Assembly: GCA_963813815.1 (NCBI GenBank)
Contig: CAWFAD010000016.1
Coordinates: forward strand, 608,632-672,631
Source: an uncultured bacterium
GTDB taxonomy: Bacteria; Krumholzibacteriota; Krumholzibacteriia; Krumholzibacteriales; Krumholzibacteriaceae
DNA length: 64,000 nucleotides
Direction of reading: 5' to 3'
The notes under the pieces: model-generated
What the model saw: the letters and a program-made list of their open reading frames with translations, nothing else
What the model was told of the DNA's origin: nothing
Database searches by the model: none
Shown here: positions 36,113-46,038 of the stretch, piece by piece
How the letters are laid out: the number at the start of each line of letters is the position of its first letter
Position numbering within the stretch: the first letter of the stretch is position 1
Made by a program: the position numbers and the translations under genes

Positions 36113-38413
36113 ATGAGATCCGCGCTTCTCGCTTGTATCGCTCTTGCCGCCGCCGCGCTCGCCTTCACGGCGGCGGGGCATTCCATGCCCGCCGCGCATG
36201 CGCGCGTTTCACGAGATATCGTTCTGCAAGCCGCCGACGGGATTGCGATCGACGCCCGTCTGTACGAGACGGGCAACGACGACGTTATCGTCTACTGCCA
36301 TCGCTTGCTCGGGGGGAAGGAAGGTGGGGAAGTGCGACTTCTCGCCGAGGCCGTGGCCGACCGGTACGATCTCATGACGTTCGATTTCAGAGGACACAAA
36401 TCGAGCCTCGGAACGGCCACGATCGGCGGGGACGAGGTGCTCGATCTGCGCGCCGCGCTTTCCTGTGCGAAAAAAATGGGCTACCGGAGAACGATCGTGC
36501 TCGGCGCCGGCATGGGCGGCACGGTCGGATGGCGAACGGCCGAGCTGTTCGGCAATATGGACGCGCTGATCGTCGTCAGCCCTTCGGGCCTGACGCCGTG
36601 GACCGCGCCGTTCGTCGTCCGACTGGTTTCCGACAAGATGCTCACTACATCCATCGGACGGGTGCCCCTTCGAATCATCACGAAAACGCGGCTCGGCTTC
36701 ACGAGCGAGCGTGGGTACCCCTTGAACCTGTCGGAAGCGCCGCGTCGCGTGCCGACGCTCGTCATACAATCCGAGAAGGATCGGTTCGTGAACGTGCGGC
36801 GATTGGTGGTTTCTTTCGAGGACTTCGCCGATTCCAAGTCGCTCATGATCGTCCCCGGGAGAAAGCACGCCGAGGATCTCATCGACCGCTCGACGATCGC
36901 CCGCGTGCGGACGTTTCTCGACAGCTTGTTCCGCGATGATGGAGGACGTCCCGTTTCGGCGGCCGAGAGAGTCGCCGGAAATCCCGTGTCGCCGGGGCAT
37001 CCCGCGGACGCTGTCCGAATCGCCCTCGAAGACGATTCTCCCCTTCCGGACCGCGTTGTATTGGATGAGTTCGAAGAACGCGCTCGCAATCGCGTCTTCG
37101 AGGCGGATGTCGATCGCCTCGGCGCAGATCCGATCGCGCGCGAGCTCTTGGAAATCTACGCGATGCACGGCTATACGCGGACCTCAGTCGACGTCTCCGA
37201 TTCGCTTCCGCCGTATCGAGCGAAGGTATCGAGCCCCCGGATTCGCGCCGTTTCGATCGCGGGAAATCGCTGGCTGAAGGAAGATTATATCCGCGGCGTC
37301 GCGCGACTCGGAGGCGACGCCTTCAACGCGTACGAGCTCGACCTCGCGGTGCGGCGGCTCGGCGCCGAGCCCGCCGTTCAATCGGCGACGTATCGCGTCA
37401 TCGAGCGCGAGGACGGCGACGTCGACGTCGTCGTGGACGTTATCGAACGCAGGCCGTATCGCTTCCTGCTCTCGACCAAGTTCACCGACGTCGACGATTA
37501 CGCCGGCGTCGGATTCACGTGGAACGAAGTCAATCCGACCGCCCTCCGGTACGAGGGGCGCGCGATGATCGGTCTCCTGGATCAAGACTTCTTGACGTTC
37601 CATACCGTCTCGAAGGATTACCTCCGCAATTCCCTCCGTCTCGGCGCGACATTTTTCGACAACATAAAAAGCCGCGACGACCTCGATTACGTTTTCACGC
37701 GGCAGGAGGTGCGCGAGATCGGCGGCGAATTCGCGGCCCGGTATCGCGCGCTCTCGAGCACGGCGCTCACTATCGGCTTGTACGGGAAGGAATACAGCTC
37801 GTCCGTCGTACGTCCGGGCCTGCCGGTGGAGGAAGGCTCCGCGGCCGGCGTTCGCTGCATGCTCGACCTGTCCGGCGCTCTGCCGCTGCGCAGGCTTCCC
37901 CGCTTCCTGTGGCGCAACACGGTCTATTTCGAGAAGGCCGGGCCCTTCCGGCTCGGCGACTTCTCTTTCGAGACGTATCAGGCGAACCTCTCGGGCGAGC
38001 TGAAACTTGGCCGGCACCACGCGGCCCGTGCGACGGTGCACGCCGGCCGCCAAAACGGCGCCGTGCCGCCCCAGGACGCGTTTTCTCTCGGGGGCATGAC
38101 GACGCTTCGAGGCTACGCCGACGATTCGTTCGTTGGGAACCGCGTCGTGTTCGCCTCCCACGCGCTCTATCTATCGGCGCGGAGCGTCGTCGGCGAAACG
38201 TCTGTCTGGGCGCCGATGCGTCTCGTTATCTACGGCGACGCGGGCACGGCATGGGGAGCCGGGGAAGGGTTCTCGTGGAACGAGCTTCGCTTCGACGCGG
38301 GGTTCGAGCTCGATTACATGGAGATGCTGCGGGCGGGATGCGTGTGGCCGGTGGGAGGTCTTTGGGAAGGGTCGCCCCGAATCTACATCGGATGGGGTGC
38401 GCATGTCATATAG
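36113..38413 (+). CDS. Alpha/beta-hydrolase-fold + POTRA + Omp85/BamA-TamA-like barrel fusion
   Basis: Signal peptide; FDFRGHKSS, E-x2-DL-x-AA, LGAGMGG, QSEKDRFV, GRKH; POTRA (IRAVSIAGNRWLKEDYIR...VDVVVDVIER); barrel lid FSLGGMTTLRGY, YGDAGTAW. Confidence 0.8.
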   Translation: MRSALLACIALAAAALAFTAAGHSMPAAHARVSRDIVLQAADGIAIDARLYETGNDDVIVYCHRLLGGKEGGEVRLLAEAVADRYDLMTFDFRGHKSSLGTATIGGDEVLDLRAALSCAKKMGYRRTIVLGAGMGGTVGWRTAELFGNMDALIVVSPSGLTPWTAPFVVRLVSDKMLTTSIGRVPLRIITKTRLGFTSERGYPLNLSEAPRRVPTLVIQSEKDRFVNVRRLVVSFEDFADSKSLMIVPGRKHAEDLIDRSTIARVRTFLDSLFRDDGGRPVSAAERVAGNPVSPGHPADAVRIALEDDSPLPDRVVLDEFEERARNRVFEADVDRLGADPIARELLEIYAMHGYTRTSVDVSDSLPPYRAKVSSPRIRAVSIAGNRWLKEDYIRGVARLGGDAFNAYELDLAVRRLGAEPAVQSATYRVIEREDGDVDVVVDVIERRPYRFLLSTKFTDVDDYAGVGFTWNEVNPTALRYEGRAMIGLLDQDFLTFHTVSKDYLRNSLRLGATFFDNIKSRDDLDYVFTRQEVREIGGEFAARYRALSSTALTIGLYGKEYSSSVVRPGLPVEEGSAAGVRCMLDLSGALPLRRLPRFLWRNTVYFEKAGPFRLGDFSFETYQANLSGELKLGRHHAARATVHAGRQNGAVPPQDAFSLGGMTTLRGYADDSFVGNRVVFASHALYLSARSVVGETSVWAPMRLVIYGDAGTAWGAGEGFSWNELRFDAGFELDYMEMLRAGCVWPVGGLWEGSPRIYIGWGAHVI

Positions 38414-38496
38414 GGACGCGCGGGCGATGTGCGCAATTCGCTGGATCGGACCGGGATCGCCGGCCGGCCGCGCCGCGTGCGCGCCGCCGGGCGTTC

Positions 38497-39214
38497 ATGG
38501 CCGCCGTGCTGTTGTCGTGCGCGACGGTCTCCTGCGGGGGGCAGGCGGACGTATCGTCCCGCTCGCGTCCCGCGTGCGTCGACGGCGGAGTCGATATGCA
38601 TACGCTCGCGATCCGGTTCGCTCCGGTCCTCATTCTGCACGCCGACGAGCCGTATCGAGTCGTCTCGGTCTTCGCCGTTTTTCACCCGTCGAAGCCGCTT
38701 GTCGCATACCACGTCTTCTTCGACGACGACGTCCTGTTCGCGGGCAGAGGCAAGTCGCTCGACCACGAAATCGCATGGGTGGAGTACGATCCGGTGACCC
38801 TTAAGGCGACGGACGTCTTCACGCTCTGGCATCGCACCGTGCTCAGAACGGATGCCTGCCTCATGGACGCGAAGGCCTCGGGACAGCGTCCGCGGTTGGA
38901 CGTGCAATGGGGCCAGCACGGGCTCTCTGCCGCACGGCTGGAAAAGCCTCGTCACCGCGCGTCCGAGGCTCGAGCTCGCGATGCACTACGAGCTCGCGCG
39001 CTATCTGAATCGCTTGCCGAAGGCGAGCGCGCGGGATACGGCCGTTTCGTTCGGCGGCTCGTACGACGATTACGTCACGTTCGATGTGAAAGGGTCGACA
39101 CGGCTGATTTTATCCGCGCGGGTTGCGTGATCGAGGGCGCCGCGCTCTCGGAGATACCTGAATCGCCGTCTCGGAGAGACGTTTCTCCTCAAGAAGGAAT
39201 GGCCGGATTGGTAG
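38497..39214 (+). CDS. Hypothetical lipoprotein, apparently with three frameshifts
   Basis: TVSC lipobox-like; RFAPVLILHADEPY...DHE...WGQHG continues in another frame LPHGWK...SYDDY and ends KKEWPDW* at 39214. Confidence 0.55.
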
Positions 39215-39265
39215 GAATGTCGGTCGGCTCGTCCCCGGCAGTTCCCGTTCGACCCGCATCCCGAA

Positions 39266-40133
39266 TCACAGTATCTTGGTAATGCCGATCTCCCACCGAA
39301 TGCCCCGGTATTGATTCGTGCCGGACCAATCGCCGAGCGTCGTGAGCTCCACGCGGAACGTCGGCCGCGGCCAGAGCGACACGCCGTAGCCGAACGAGTG
39401 CAGGTTGCCGTCGTGCTCGAAAACCTTGCGATCGACTCTCCGGGAAATCGCCGTTCGAGAATTTCACGAGATCGGCGAGCAGGTAGAACCGCATCCGCAG
39501 ATCGGGAAAGAGCTCATAGCCTCCCTGGCCGTAAAGTCTGATCTCGTCGCACGGCTTGTAGCTGCCCTTCTTCAGCCGGAACTTGTATCCGGCCCCGAAC
39601 TGAACGTACCAGTAGTGGGTCTGATTGAAGTAATCGAAATGGTATGCGGGAAAGATGTCGACCTGTCCGTCTCCGATGTGGAGTCCGTCCTCCCAGTCTT
39701 TCTTTTCCATGAGCGGCACCTTGACTCGGAGGGAGGAGGAGGATACGAAGGGAAAGGTGAGCCACTTGTGCTGCACGGTCAGCCAGAATTCCCTGACGGC
39801 GACCCGGTTCACGGGATCGGAACGCGTTTCCTCCTCCTGATAGGTCCAACCGAAGGGCACGATCGCTCCGATCGAAAGCGATCCGGTGATCCCGTACATC
39901 ACTTGAACGGGGAGCTCGAAATAGAGCAGCCCGGATACGTCCGGCAGATTGTGCGCGCGCCCGGCGTCGTCGAAATACGCGCTCGTGTAGAAGAACTTCG
40001 GATAGACGCGCAGCAGATAGCGCCCGTCCGGAGCGGTCGACGCTTCGTATTCCCCCGCGCGCGGCGAGGATGAACACGCGATCGCCGCGGCGAGCATCGC
40101 GATCGTGACCGCCTTCGCTCTACATGAAAACAT
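39266..40133 (-). CDS. Putative outer-membrane beta-barrel protein with one frameshift near 39438
   Basis: Signal peptide, aromatic alternating strands, GDGQVD; shifted frame gives VFEHDGNLHSFGYGVSLW...RWEIGITKIL* ending 39266; start overlaps upstream gene. Confidence 0.65.
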
Positions 40134-41718
40134 CGAGAACCTCCCCGTCGTAGCGAGGGATGCCGAGGTACTTGAGGTAAGTCGGATAGATGTCGACCGT
40201 GCGGGCGATCGGAATCGTGCCGTGCCTGATCCCGGGGCCGGCGACGACGCAGGGAACGTGCATCTGCGTCCGCTCGAGGCCGCCGTGGGAGGCCTTGTGG
40301 CCCTGATCCATGAGGTCCCATCCGGCCTTCGCCGTGACGACGAGGTCCCCGCAGCGCTGCGAATCGAAGAGCTGGGCGATCTGGAAGAGGCCGTCGGGAT
40401 AGGTCGTCTTTCTCGTGGCCATGAACCACTCGTCCTTGCCGTGGTGCCGGCCGTCGATGAGCGCCGCGCTCTGAGGATCCGCCGCGTAGCCGAGCGGGTC
40501 GTTTCCGCTCACGGAGTACCGGAACGAGGAATAGTCGCGCTCGATCCTTCCCTCACCGTCGCGCGAAAAGACGAGGAGCACGTTCTCCCGTTCCTTGGCC
40601 ATGACGAGCTCGATCCCTTCCTCGCCGCGCAGCAGCCTCACGAGATCGATCTTCGCCGTTCCGCCGCTCGGGAAGGATCTCAGCTCATCGTACTCGAGCT
40701 TTCTCGTCCAGTCGTAGGACAGGGTGCTCAGCCGTCCTTCCTTCTTGACCGCGAAATAGAGCAGCGCGAAAGAATTGCCGCTCACGCCCCGAGCAGCGTT
40801 GTTCTGGTGGAGGGAGTTGAACTGATCGTTGTCCGTGAGGTTCTGAAGCACGTTGAGGCCGTATTTCTTGAGCGTGTCCCTGATGTCGATGTGGCGCTGC
40901 GTGTCGACGAGCCCGTGATCGACGACGAGGGAGACGAGTGTTTGGTCGTAAATGCGCTTTTCCTCCAGCGTTTTCATGATCGAGCCGACATGCCTGTCCA
41001 CGTCCTCGGCCCGGTCGAGGATGATTGAGTCCCGCGAGCCGCGAAAGTGCGCGATGTGATCGATGGCGGGCATCCAGACGAGCGAAAAGCGGGGGATCGG
41101 GCCGCTGCCGCAGACCTTCCGAAAGGCGTCGACTGCGTATCCGTCCATCTTGTTCCAGATCTCCATTTCGCCGGTCAGCATGAACCACAGGGTCTTGGCG
41201 GGCACGTTGAGAACGTCGGAGGCGCCCCGCGAGGCGAAATCGAAGATGCAGGCCGTCCGCGCGTCGTGAAGTATCTCGAACAGCGTGTGGTTGGCCCTCG
41301 GAAAATCGGCGTTGAAGAGAACGTTGTGGATCGTGCAGTAGTCTCTGAGCGAGCGGCGTCCGCGATCGACCCAGCGAAGGCCTGGGCAATCGTTGTAGCC
41401 CGGCATGACGCCCGTGATGAACGGAAGGTGCGCTGGCCCCGTCGTCGAGGGGAACGTGCTGACGCACGTCTCGACGAGGGTGCCTCGATCGACGAGATGT
41501 TTTTTGATGTTCGGCAGGGCGCCGGCGGCGAGCATCTCCTCGAAGAGGTCTGCCCGGAGGCCGTCGACGAGTATCGTAACCCCGTACCTGTCGCTCACGA
41601 GCCGCTCCGTTCTGAACTGACGCTTCGCGCAGGCGCTGAAAAACGACGAAATCGATCCGAGACTCGCGAGGCTCGCTCCGGTGAACACGAGATAGCGAAG
41701 AGCGTCTCTCCGGTTCAT
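40120..41718 (-). CDS. Alkaline phosphatase superfamily nucleotide pyrophosphatase/phosphodiesterase, Tat-type lipoprotein
   Basis: MNRRDAL twin-Arg, FSAC lipobox; LVDGLR, FPSTTGPAH (Thr nucleophile), DHIAH, VDHG, SHGG; GGAGG RBS. Confidence 0.85.
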   Translation of the reverse strand: MNRRDALRYLVFTGASLASLGSISSFFSACAKRQFRTERLVSDRYGVTILVDGLRADLFEEMLAAGALPNIKKHLVDRGTLVETCVSTFPSTTGPAHLPFITGVMPGYNDCPGLRWVDRGRRSLRDYCTIHNVLFNADFPRANHTLFEILHDARTACIFDFASRGASDVLNVPAKTLWFMLTGEMEIWNKMDGYAVDAFRKVCGSGPIPRFSLVWMPAIDHIAHFRGSRDSIILDRAEDVDRHVGSIMKTLEEKRIYDQTLVSLVVDHGLVDTQRHIDIRDTLKKYGLNVLQNLTDNDQFNSLHQNNAARGVSGNSFALLYFAVKKEGRLSTLSYDWTRKLEYDELRSFPSGGTAKIDLVRLLRGEEGIELVMAKERENVLLVFSRDGEGRIERDYSSFRYSVSGNDPLGYAADPQSAALIDGRHHGKDEWFMATRKTTYPDGLFQIAQLFDSQRCGDLVVTAKAGWDLMDQGHKASHGGLERTQMHVPCVVAGPGIRHGTIPIARTVDIYPTYLKYLGIPRYDGEVLDVFM

Positions 41719-41955
41719 TTCGGCACCTCCGGATAAGGCTCGAGCGACGTGACGAGGTACAGTTTAGAGGCCAGAAAGCTCGAATCCAGCTTATAGGAAT
41801 GCTGGTGCCGCGTCAATTGTCCTATCGGAGGGGAGTTCGAGCTGGCTCGTGCGAGCGATTGAATATCCTTGCAGAGCGGCGCGGAGCCGTGCGACAATGC
41901 ACTCGTCCGCATACTTATGTGCTTCCGAGGGGACTCGCGTGAAAAAGGAGATAGC

Positions 41956-43245
41956 ATGAGATTCGCGAAAACGGGCGCGATATCTTTCGCCGCGGCTTGT
42001 TTCGTCCTTGTGCTTATCCTGGCGGGTTTGACGGTGTCTGCGGCGAACCCGGGTGTCGCTCCCGGCGACACGACGAAAGTCGAAAAAGAGCGGGTTCTGA
42101 AAGAAACCGCTCGGCCGGTCACTCATGAGAAGGAGACGAGGGTCGCTCCCGAGACGGATGATGAAGGCAGCTTTTTCTCGTCCTGCCTCGGGGGCTGCAT
42201 CGGCGAGCTTATCGGATCGATGCTCGGATCGATCTGCAGTGGTGCGTCCTCGGAAGGAGGCACGGAACACGTCGTTGTCCATGATGCCGGACTTCCCCAG
42301 AGCGGGAGCATGCCGGTGGCAATGGAGGAGGGGGAATCGGACGCGTATTATGGAACCGTGGCCTCTGCGAATATGGGGGAGGATTCGGTGGAGGTGTGGA
42401 ATAGGCCCGGCGGCGGTGAGGCGGGGGGATGGGTGCTTTGCGTGGTGGCGAACGGAACCGATGTGGCGGCGACGCAGTTCAAGTTCTTCGAAGAGGAGTT
42501 GTGGGTTCGCATACAAGCGGAGGGAGCGGAACCCGTCGATGGATGGGTTCACGAAAAGGAAATCGTCATCCAAAAAGAGATGGGCGATGTCGCGCAAGAC
42601 AGCATGGAGATCGACCGTCCTATAGAGCTTTCGAGCGCGCGGGACGCAGACCTTGACCGCCCGCGCTGGCATCTGCGGGCGAATATCTTCTATCCGGAGT
42701 TTACGTGCGAAGCCATCGATGAGGAATATAGCGGTTCCGCCGGGGGAGGGGGCATCGAGGCGGGTCTGTTTCTCACGAGATCGATCAATATCGGGCTCCT
42801 CTTCAATTATGCCCATGCCAATGGAACGCCGCTGTACAAATACGTGGGCGAGACCTTGACGGATTGGCCAATCGCGAGCGATCTCAATGTGCTCCATTTC
42901 GGCGCCCAGTTTGGGCAACTTCTGCGCATAAACACCTGGTATTTCGATTATGGCGTCGGGCCAGCTGTCTTTCTTGCGAAGGAAAGCGCTTCGATCGACG
43001 TGTACGATGGACTCATTCGGCAGGGCATGAGAACGGACGAGCTCTCCAAATGGAAATTCGGTGCGTCGGCCGGAATCGGAACCGGCTGGCTCGCCGGGGG
43101 AAGGGTTCCCCTCGGCGTTTCCATACGAGTCTCGTGGATGCCCTGGGAGGCCGAAAGGGAGAAATCCCTCACGCTCGATTACCTCGAGGATGACAGCATT
43201 TACATCGTCAACCTCGGCTTGAGCGTCGGCTTTCTGTCTTTCTAG
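41956..43245 (+). CDS. Exported protein with SH3b-like domain and C-terminal beta-barrel
   Basis: AAGGAG RBS, signal peptide; VWNRPG...WVRIQ...DGWVHE (SH3-like); strands ending NLGLSVGFLSF. Confidence 0.65.
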   Translation: MRFAKTGAISFAAACFVLVLILAGLTVSAANPGVAPGDTTKVEKERVLKETARPVTHEKETRVAPETDDEGSFFSSCLGGCIGELIGSMLGSICSGASSEGGTEHVVVHDAGLPQSGSMPVAMEEGESDAYYGTVASANMGEDSVEVWNRPGGGEAGGWVLCVVANGTDVAATQFKFFEEELWVRIQAEGAEPVDGWVHEKEIVIQKEMGDVAQDSMEIDRPIELSSARDADLDRPRWHLRANIFYPEFTCEAIDEEYSGSAGGGGIEAGLFLTRSINIGLLFNYAHANGTPLYKYVGETLTDWPIASDLNVLHFGAQFGQLLRINTWYFDYGVGPAVFLAKESASIDVYDGLIRQGMRTDELSKWKFGASAGIGTGWLAGGRVPLGVSIRVSWMPWEAEREKSLTLDYLEDDSIYIVNLGLSVGFLSF

Positions 43246-43271
43246 CGCTGCGCCGCGTGTCCGAGTGAAGT

Positions 43272-44519
43272 ATGGAACGCGCCAATAGGTATCGCGCTTT
43301 CGTGATCGCGGTCGGCGTATGCTGGGTCTCCTCGGCCTTCGCCCGTTCGCCCGTCGAATCGCGGGGAGCGGAAAAGAGCGTTTCTCCGGCTTCCGCTTCG
43401 ATTCGCTTCTACCAGAATTACATCAGCGATCTTCGGCTCGGCCGCTGTGCGTTCGAGCCGAGCTGCTCCCAGTATGCCCTCGATGCGATCGAAGAGCACG
43501 GCTTGTTCGAGGGAGCGGCTCTCGCCGCCGATCGGCTCCTAAGGTGCCATCGAAGTGCCCGCCCGTACTACGAGATGAATTCAAGGGGAAGGCTCGTCGA
43601 TTCGGCTCGCGAGAGATCCGGCGTCGGACGGCGCCCGGAAATCCCGGAATGGCTCCTTCCATCGCATATCGCGTCATGCGCCGTCGAGCACGACACATCG
43701 GATGCTCGCGGGATCATCGATCGGGAAGAGCGGCTTCTCGAGATAGCGGCTTTTGCCGACGCGCTGTCCGACGAGGGCGACTGCTATCGCGCGGCGACAG
43801 AATACCGTCGGTTGGCCTTTCTCACGGGAAACGAGGAAACCCGCAGGCGGTCGCAGATGATGATCGGCCGGTGCTACTTTCGACACGGAGAATGGGAGGC
43901 CGCCGCATCGGAGTATGCGGAGGCCGCATCGCTCGGGCTTTCCTCCGTTGAGCGATATGCCGCGCGGCAGATGGCGGCCGCCGCCCATTTCAACGCGGGA
44001 AGCTTCGGTCGCGCCTTGAGGGAGCTCGAGGCGCAGGTGCCCGTCGATCGCGCCGATTCCGTCCGGGCGGATTTCATTCGCGGGCTATGTCATCTTTCGC
44101 TCGGGGATTGGAAAAAAGGCGGCGGTCTCTTTCGGGAGCTGGCCGGATACGCTCCCGAGCCCGCCGCGGCTCAGGCGGCGTTCTATCTCGCGCAGAAGGC
44201 GCGGACGGGCCCGGACGTGCCGCGAAAGAACGCGGCGCTCGCGGGAGTGCTCTCGGCGGCGATTCCGGGAGCGGGCCAGGTGTACGCGGGACGGACGCGC
44301 GACGGTCTGCGCCACTTCGTGTTCGACGGCTTGCTCGTATACGCGGCGTACTGGCTGTTCAGGGAAGAGAATTACGCGGGCGGCTACCTGCTCGCCGGTT
44401 TCACGCTCCCCTTTTATGCGGGTAATATCGTCGGCGCGCGCAGGAGCGCGGAGGACTTCAACGATTCGCGAAGACTCGAGCACGTCTCGCGCTGGATCGA
44501 CGAGGTGACCGCGCGCTAG
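43272..44519 (+). CDS. YidD-like domain + TPR + C-terminal TM (DUF5683/TM2-like) fusion
   Basis: IRFYQNYIS...RCAFEPSCSQYALDAIEEHG...DRLLRCH; TPRs; KNAALAGVLSAAIPGAGQVY. Confidence 0.75.
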   Translation: MERANRYRAFVIAVGVCWVSSAFARSPVESRGAEKSVSPASASIRFYQNYISDLRLGRCAFEPSCSQYALDAIEEHGLFEGAALAADRLLRCHRSARPYYEMNSRGRLVDSARERSGVGRRPEIPEWLLPSHIASCAVEHDTSDARGIIDREERLLEIAAFADALSDEGDCYRAATEYRRLAFLTGNEETRRRSQMMIGRCYFRHGEWEAAASEYAEAASLGLSSVERYAARQMAAAAHFNAGSFGRALRELEAQVPVDRADSVRADFIRGLCHLSLGDWKKGGGLFRELAGYAPEPAAAQAAFYLAQKARTGPDVPRKNAALAGVLSAAIPGAGQVYAGRTRDGLRHFVFDGLLVYAAYWLFREENYAGGYLLAGFTLPFYAGNIVGARRSAEDFNDSRRLEHVSRWIDEVTAR

Positions 44520-44583
44520 CAGGGCGCCGATTCGCCGGTGCTGTCCTTATCGATGTCGGTGTCGACCTTCGAACGCTCCGCCG

Positions 44584-45969
44584 TTACATATCTTCGCGAA
44601 CAGGGCACTCCACGGCGCGATCGCTTCCGGGTACCGTCATGTCGAGTGATTCGACAAGGCCGGAGGCTTCCAACCCATCGCAATTGATCTCCACAAACCA
44701 GCCTTGGTATGTTCCATGCAAAACCGAATACTTCGTGTGGCCCGCACAGAACGCTCTTGTCTCATCGACGAACATTGAATAAAAAGCCGACTGATAATCG
44801 TAGCTTCCGAGCGCGATATGATGGCGCGCGTTGCCCGTCGCGGGATCGAAGACCGAGAACAGTGCTAGGCCATACTGCAGATTGTCTTCCGTGGTCATGT
44901 AATGTGAAACCGCCCCGGTCGCATAGAGCGCGCTCGCCGTTGCGAAAACCGAGCTGTAACTGTCGGACCGTTTGCTGATATTGATCGTTCTGAGCCAGTT
45001 CAAAACGCCGCCGGAAGACATTGAAGCGATGAAGCCGTTGTCGAAATACCCGCCGCCCGAGATCTCTTTATCCACTGCGTCAGCCGATCCGGCCGTGAAA
45101 ATCGTATTGCCGCGAAGGGCTATCGCGTTGATCCAGATGGGCAATGCGCTGGTCTGCTCGATGTTGGCCGTCCATTGCACGGCGAATTCCGCTCCGCCCC
45201 GTTTCGGTCCTCCCACGGCGCAGACAGCGGCGCTCTCGGTTGCTCCCGCCGCGTTCAATTTGGTGATCGTGACGTAGCATACGAACTCGTTGGCGGTCGC
45301 CTTGGCTGGATCGGACACGACGTCGTTGAAATACTGTCGCTCCATGTCGGCAAATATCAGCTCGTTCGTTATGGTGAGCGAGCTGTCGGCGTTAAGATCG
45401 AACGTTATGAGATACGGATGCAGGGGCGAACCTGCGATGTATGCGCCACCGACTGCGACGAAATGGAGCGAATCTATGACCGCGACGGAATTCAGGTAAA
45501 CGGCCGTATCCGGTACGCTCGCGATCGCCTCTGAGAGAGATGCACCGCCCGCGCCCCTGAGCCGGACGTAGCCGTGATCGAGGCCGCCGTCGCTGTCGTA
45601 GTCAATCCCGCCGACCGCGAGTAGGGCGTCGTCCAACCCGATTGTGTTGTTCGGAACGGGGCAGAGTTCCCGCGATTTCAGAGCATCGGTCCACACCGTC
45701 ACGCCGCTTCGATTCAGCTTGCCGATGGTTTGCGTGTTGTCGAGCAAGCCTCTGAAGAAAAAGAAGCCCGCGCCGTCATCGTACAAATTGTAAATGCTGG
45801 TGTAGCTACTCAAACTTCCGAGGAACACTTGATTCGAGATACGTTCGTTGCTGAGCGGCAGTTGCTGCTCCGTGGGTTGCGGCTCGGTCGCTTCCTCGCA
45901 TCCGAGAGAGAGCATCGAGCCGAGAGAAAGGACGAGAGACAACAGCGCAACGTTCCATCGAATGGTCAT
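44584..45969 (-). CDS. Hypothetical lipoprotein, probable beta-propeller
   Basis: SLGC lipobox, GGAGG RBS; repeated beta-rich units (LLAVGG, FVAVGG, FTAGS, YATGA, FCAGH). Confidence 0.65.
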   Translation of the reverse strand: MTIRWNVALLSLVLSLGSMLSLGCEEATEPQPTEQQLPLSNERISNQVFLGSLSSYTSIYNLYDDGAGFFFFRGLLDNTQTIGKLNRSGVTVWTDALKSRELCPVPNNTIGLDDALLAVGGIDYDSDGGLDHGYVRLRGAGGASLSEAIASVPDTAVYLNSVAVIDSLHFVAVGGAYIAGSPLHPYLITFDLNADSSLTITNELIFADMERQYFNDVVSDPAKATANEFVCYVTITKLNAAGATESAAVCAVGGPKRGGAEFAVQWTANIEQTSALPIWINAIALRGNTIFTAGSADAVDKEISGGGYFDNGFIASMSSGGVLNWLRTINISKRSDSYSSVFATASALYATGAVSHYMTTEDNLQYGLALFSVFDPATGNARHHIALGSYDYQSAFYSMFVDETRAFCAGHTKYSVLHGTYQGWFVEINCDGLEASGLVESLDMTVPGSDRAVECPVREDM

Positions 45970-46038
45970 CGTCGTTTCCTCCTTCAGACTACCGAGTCGC
46001 CCTCGCCATGCAAGAGCGTTCGGGCCAACTGGGCCTTG

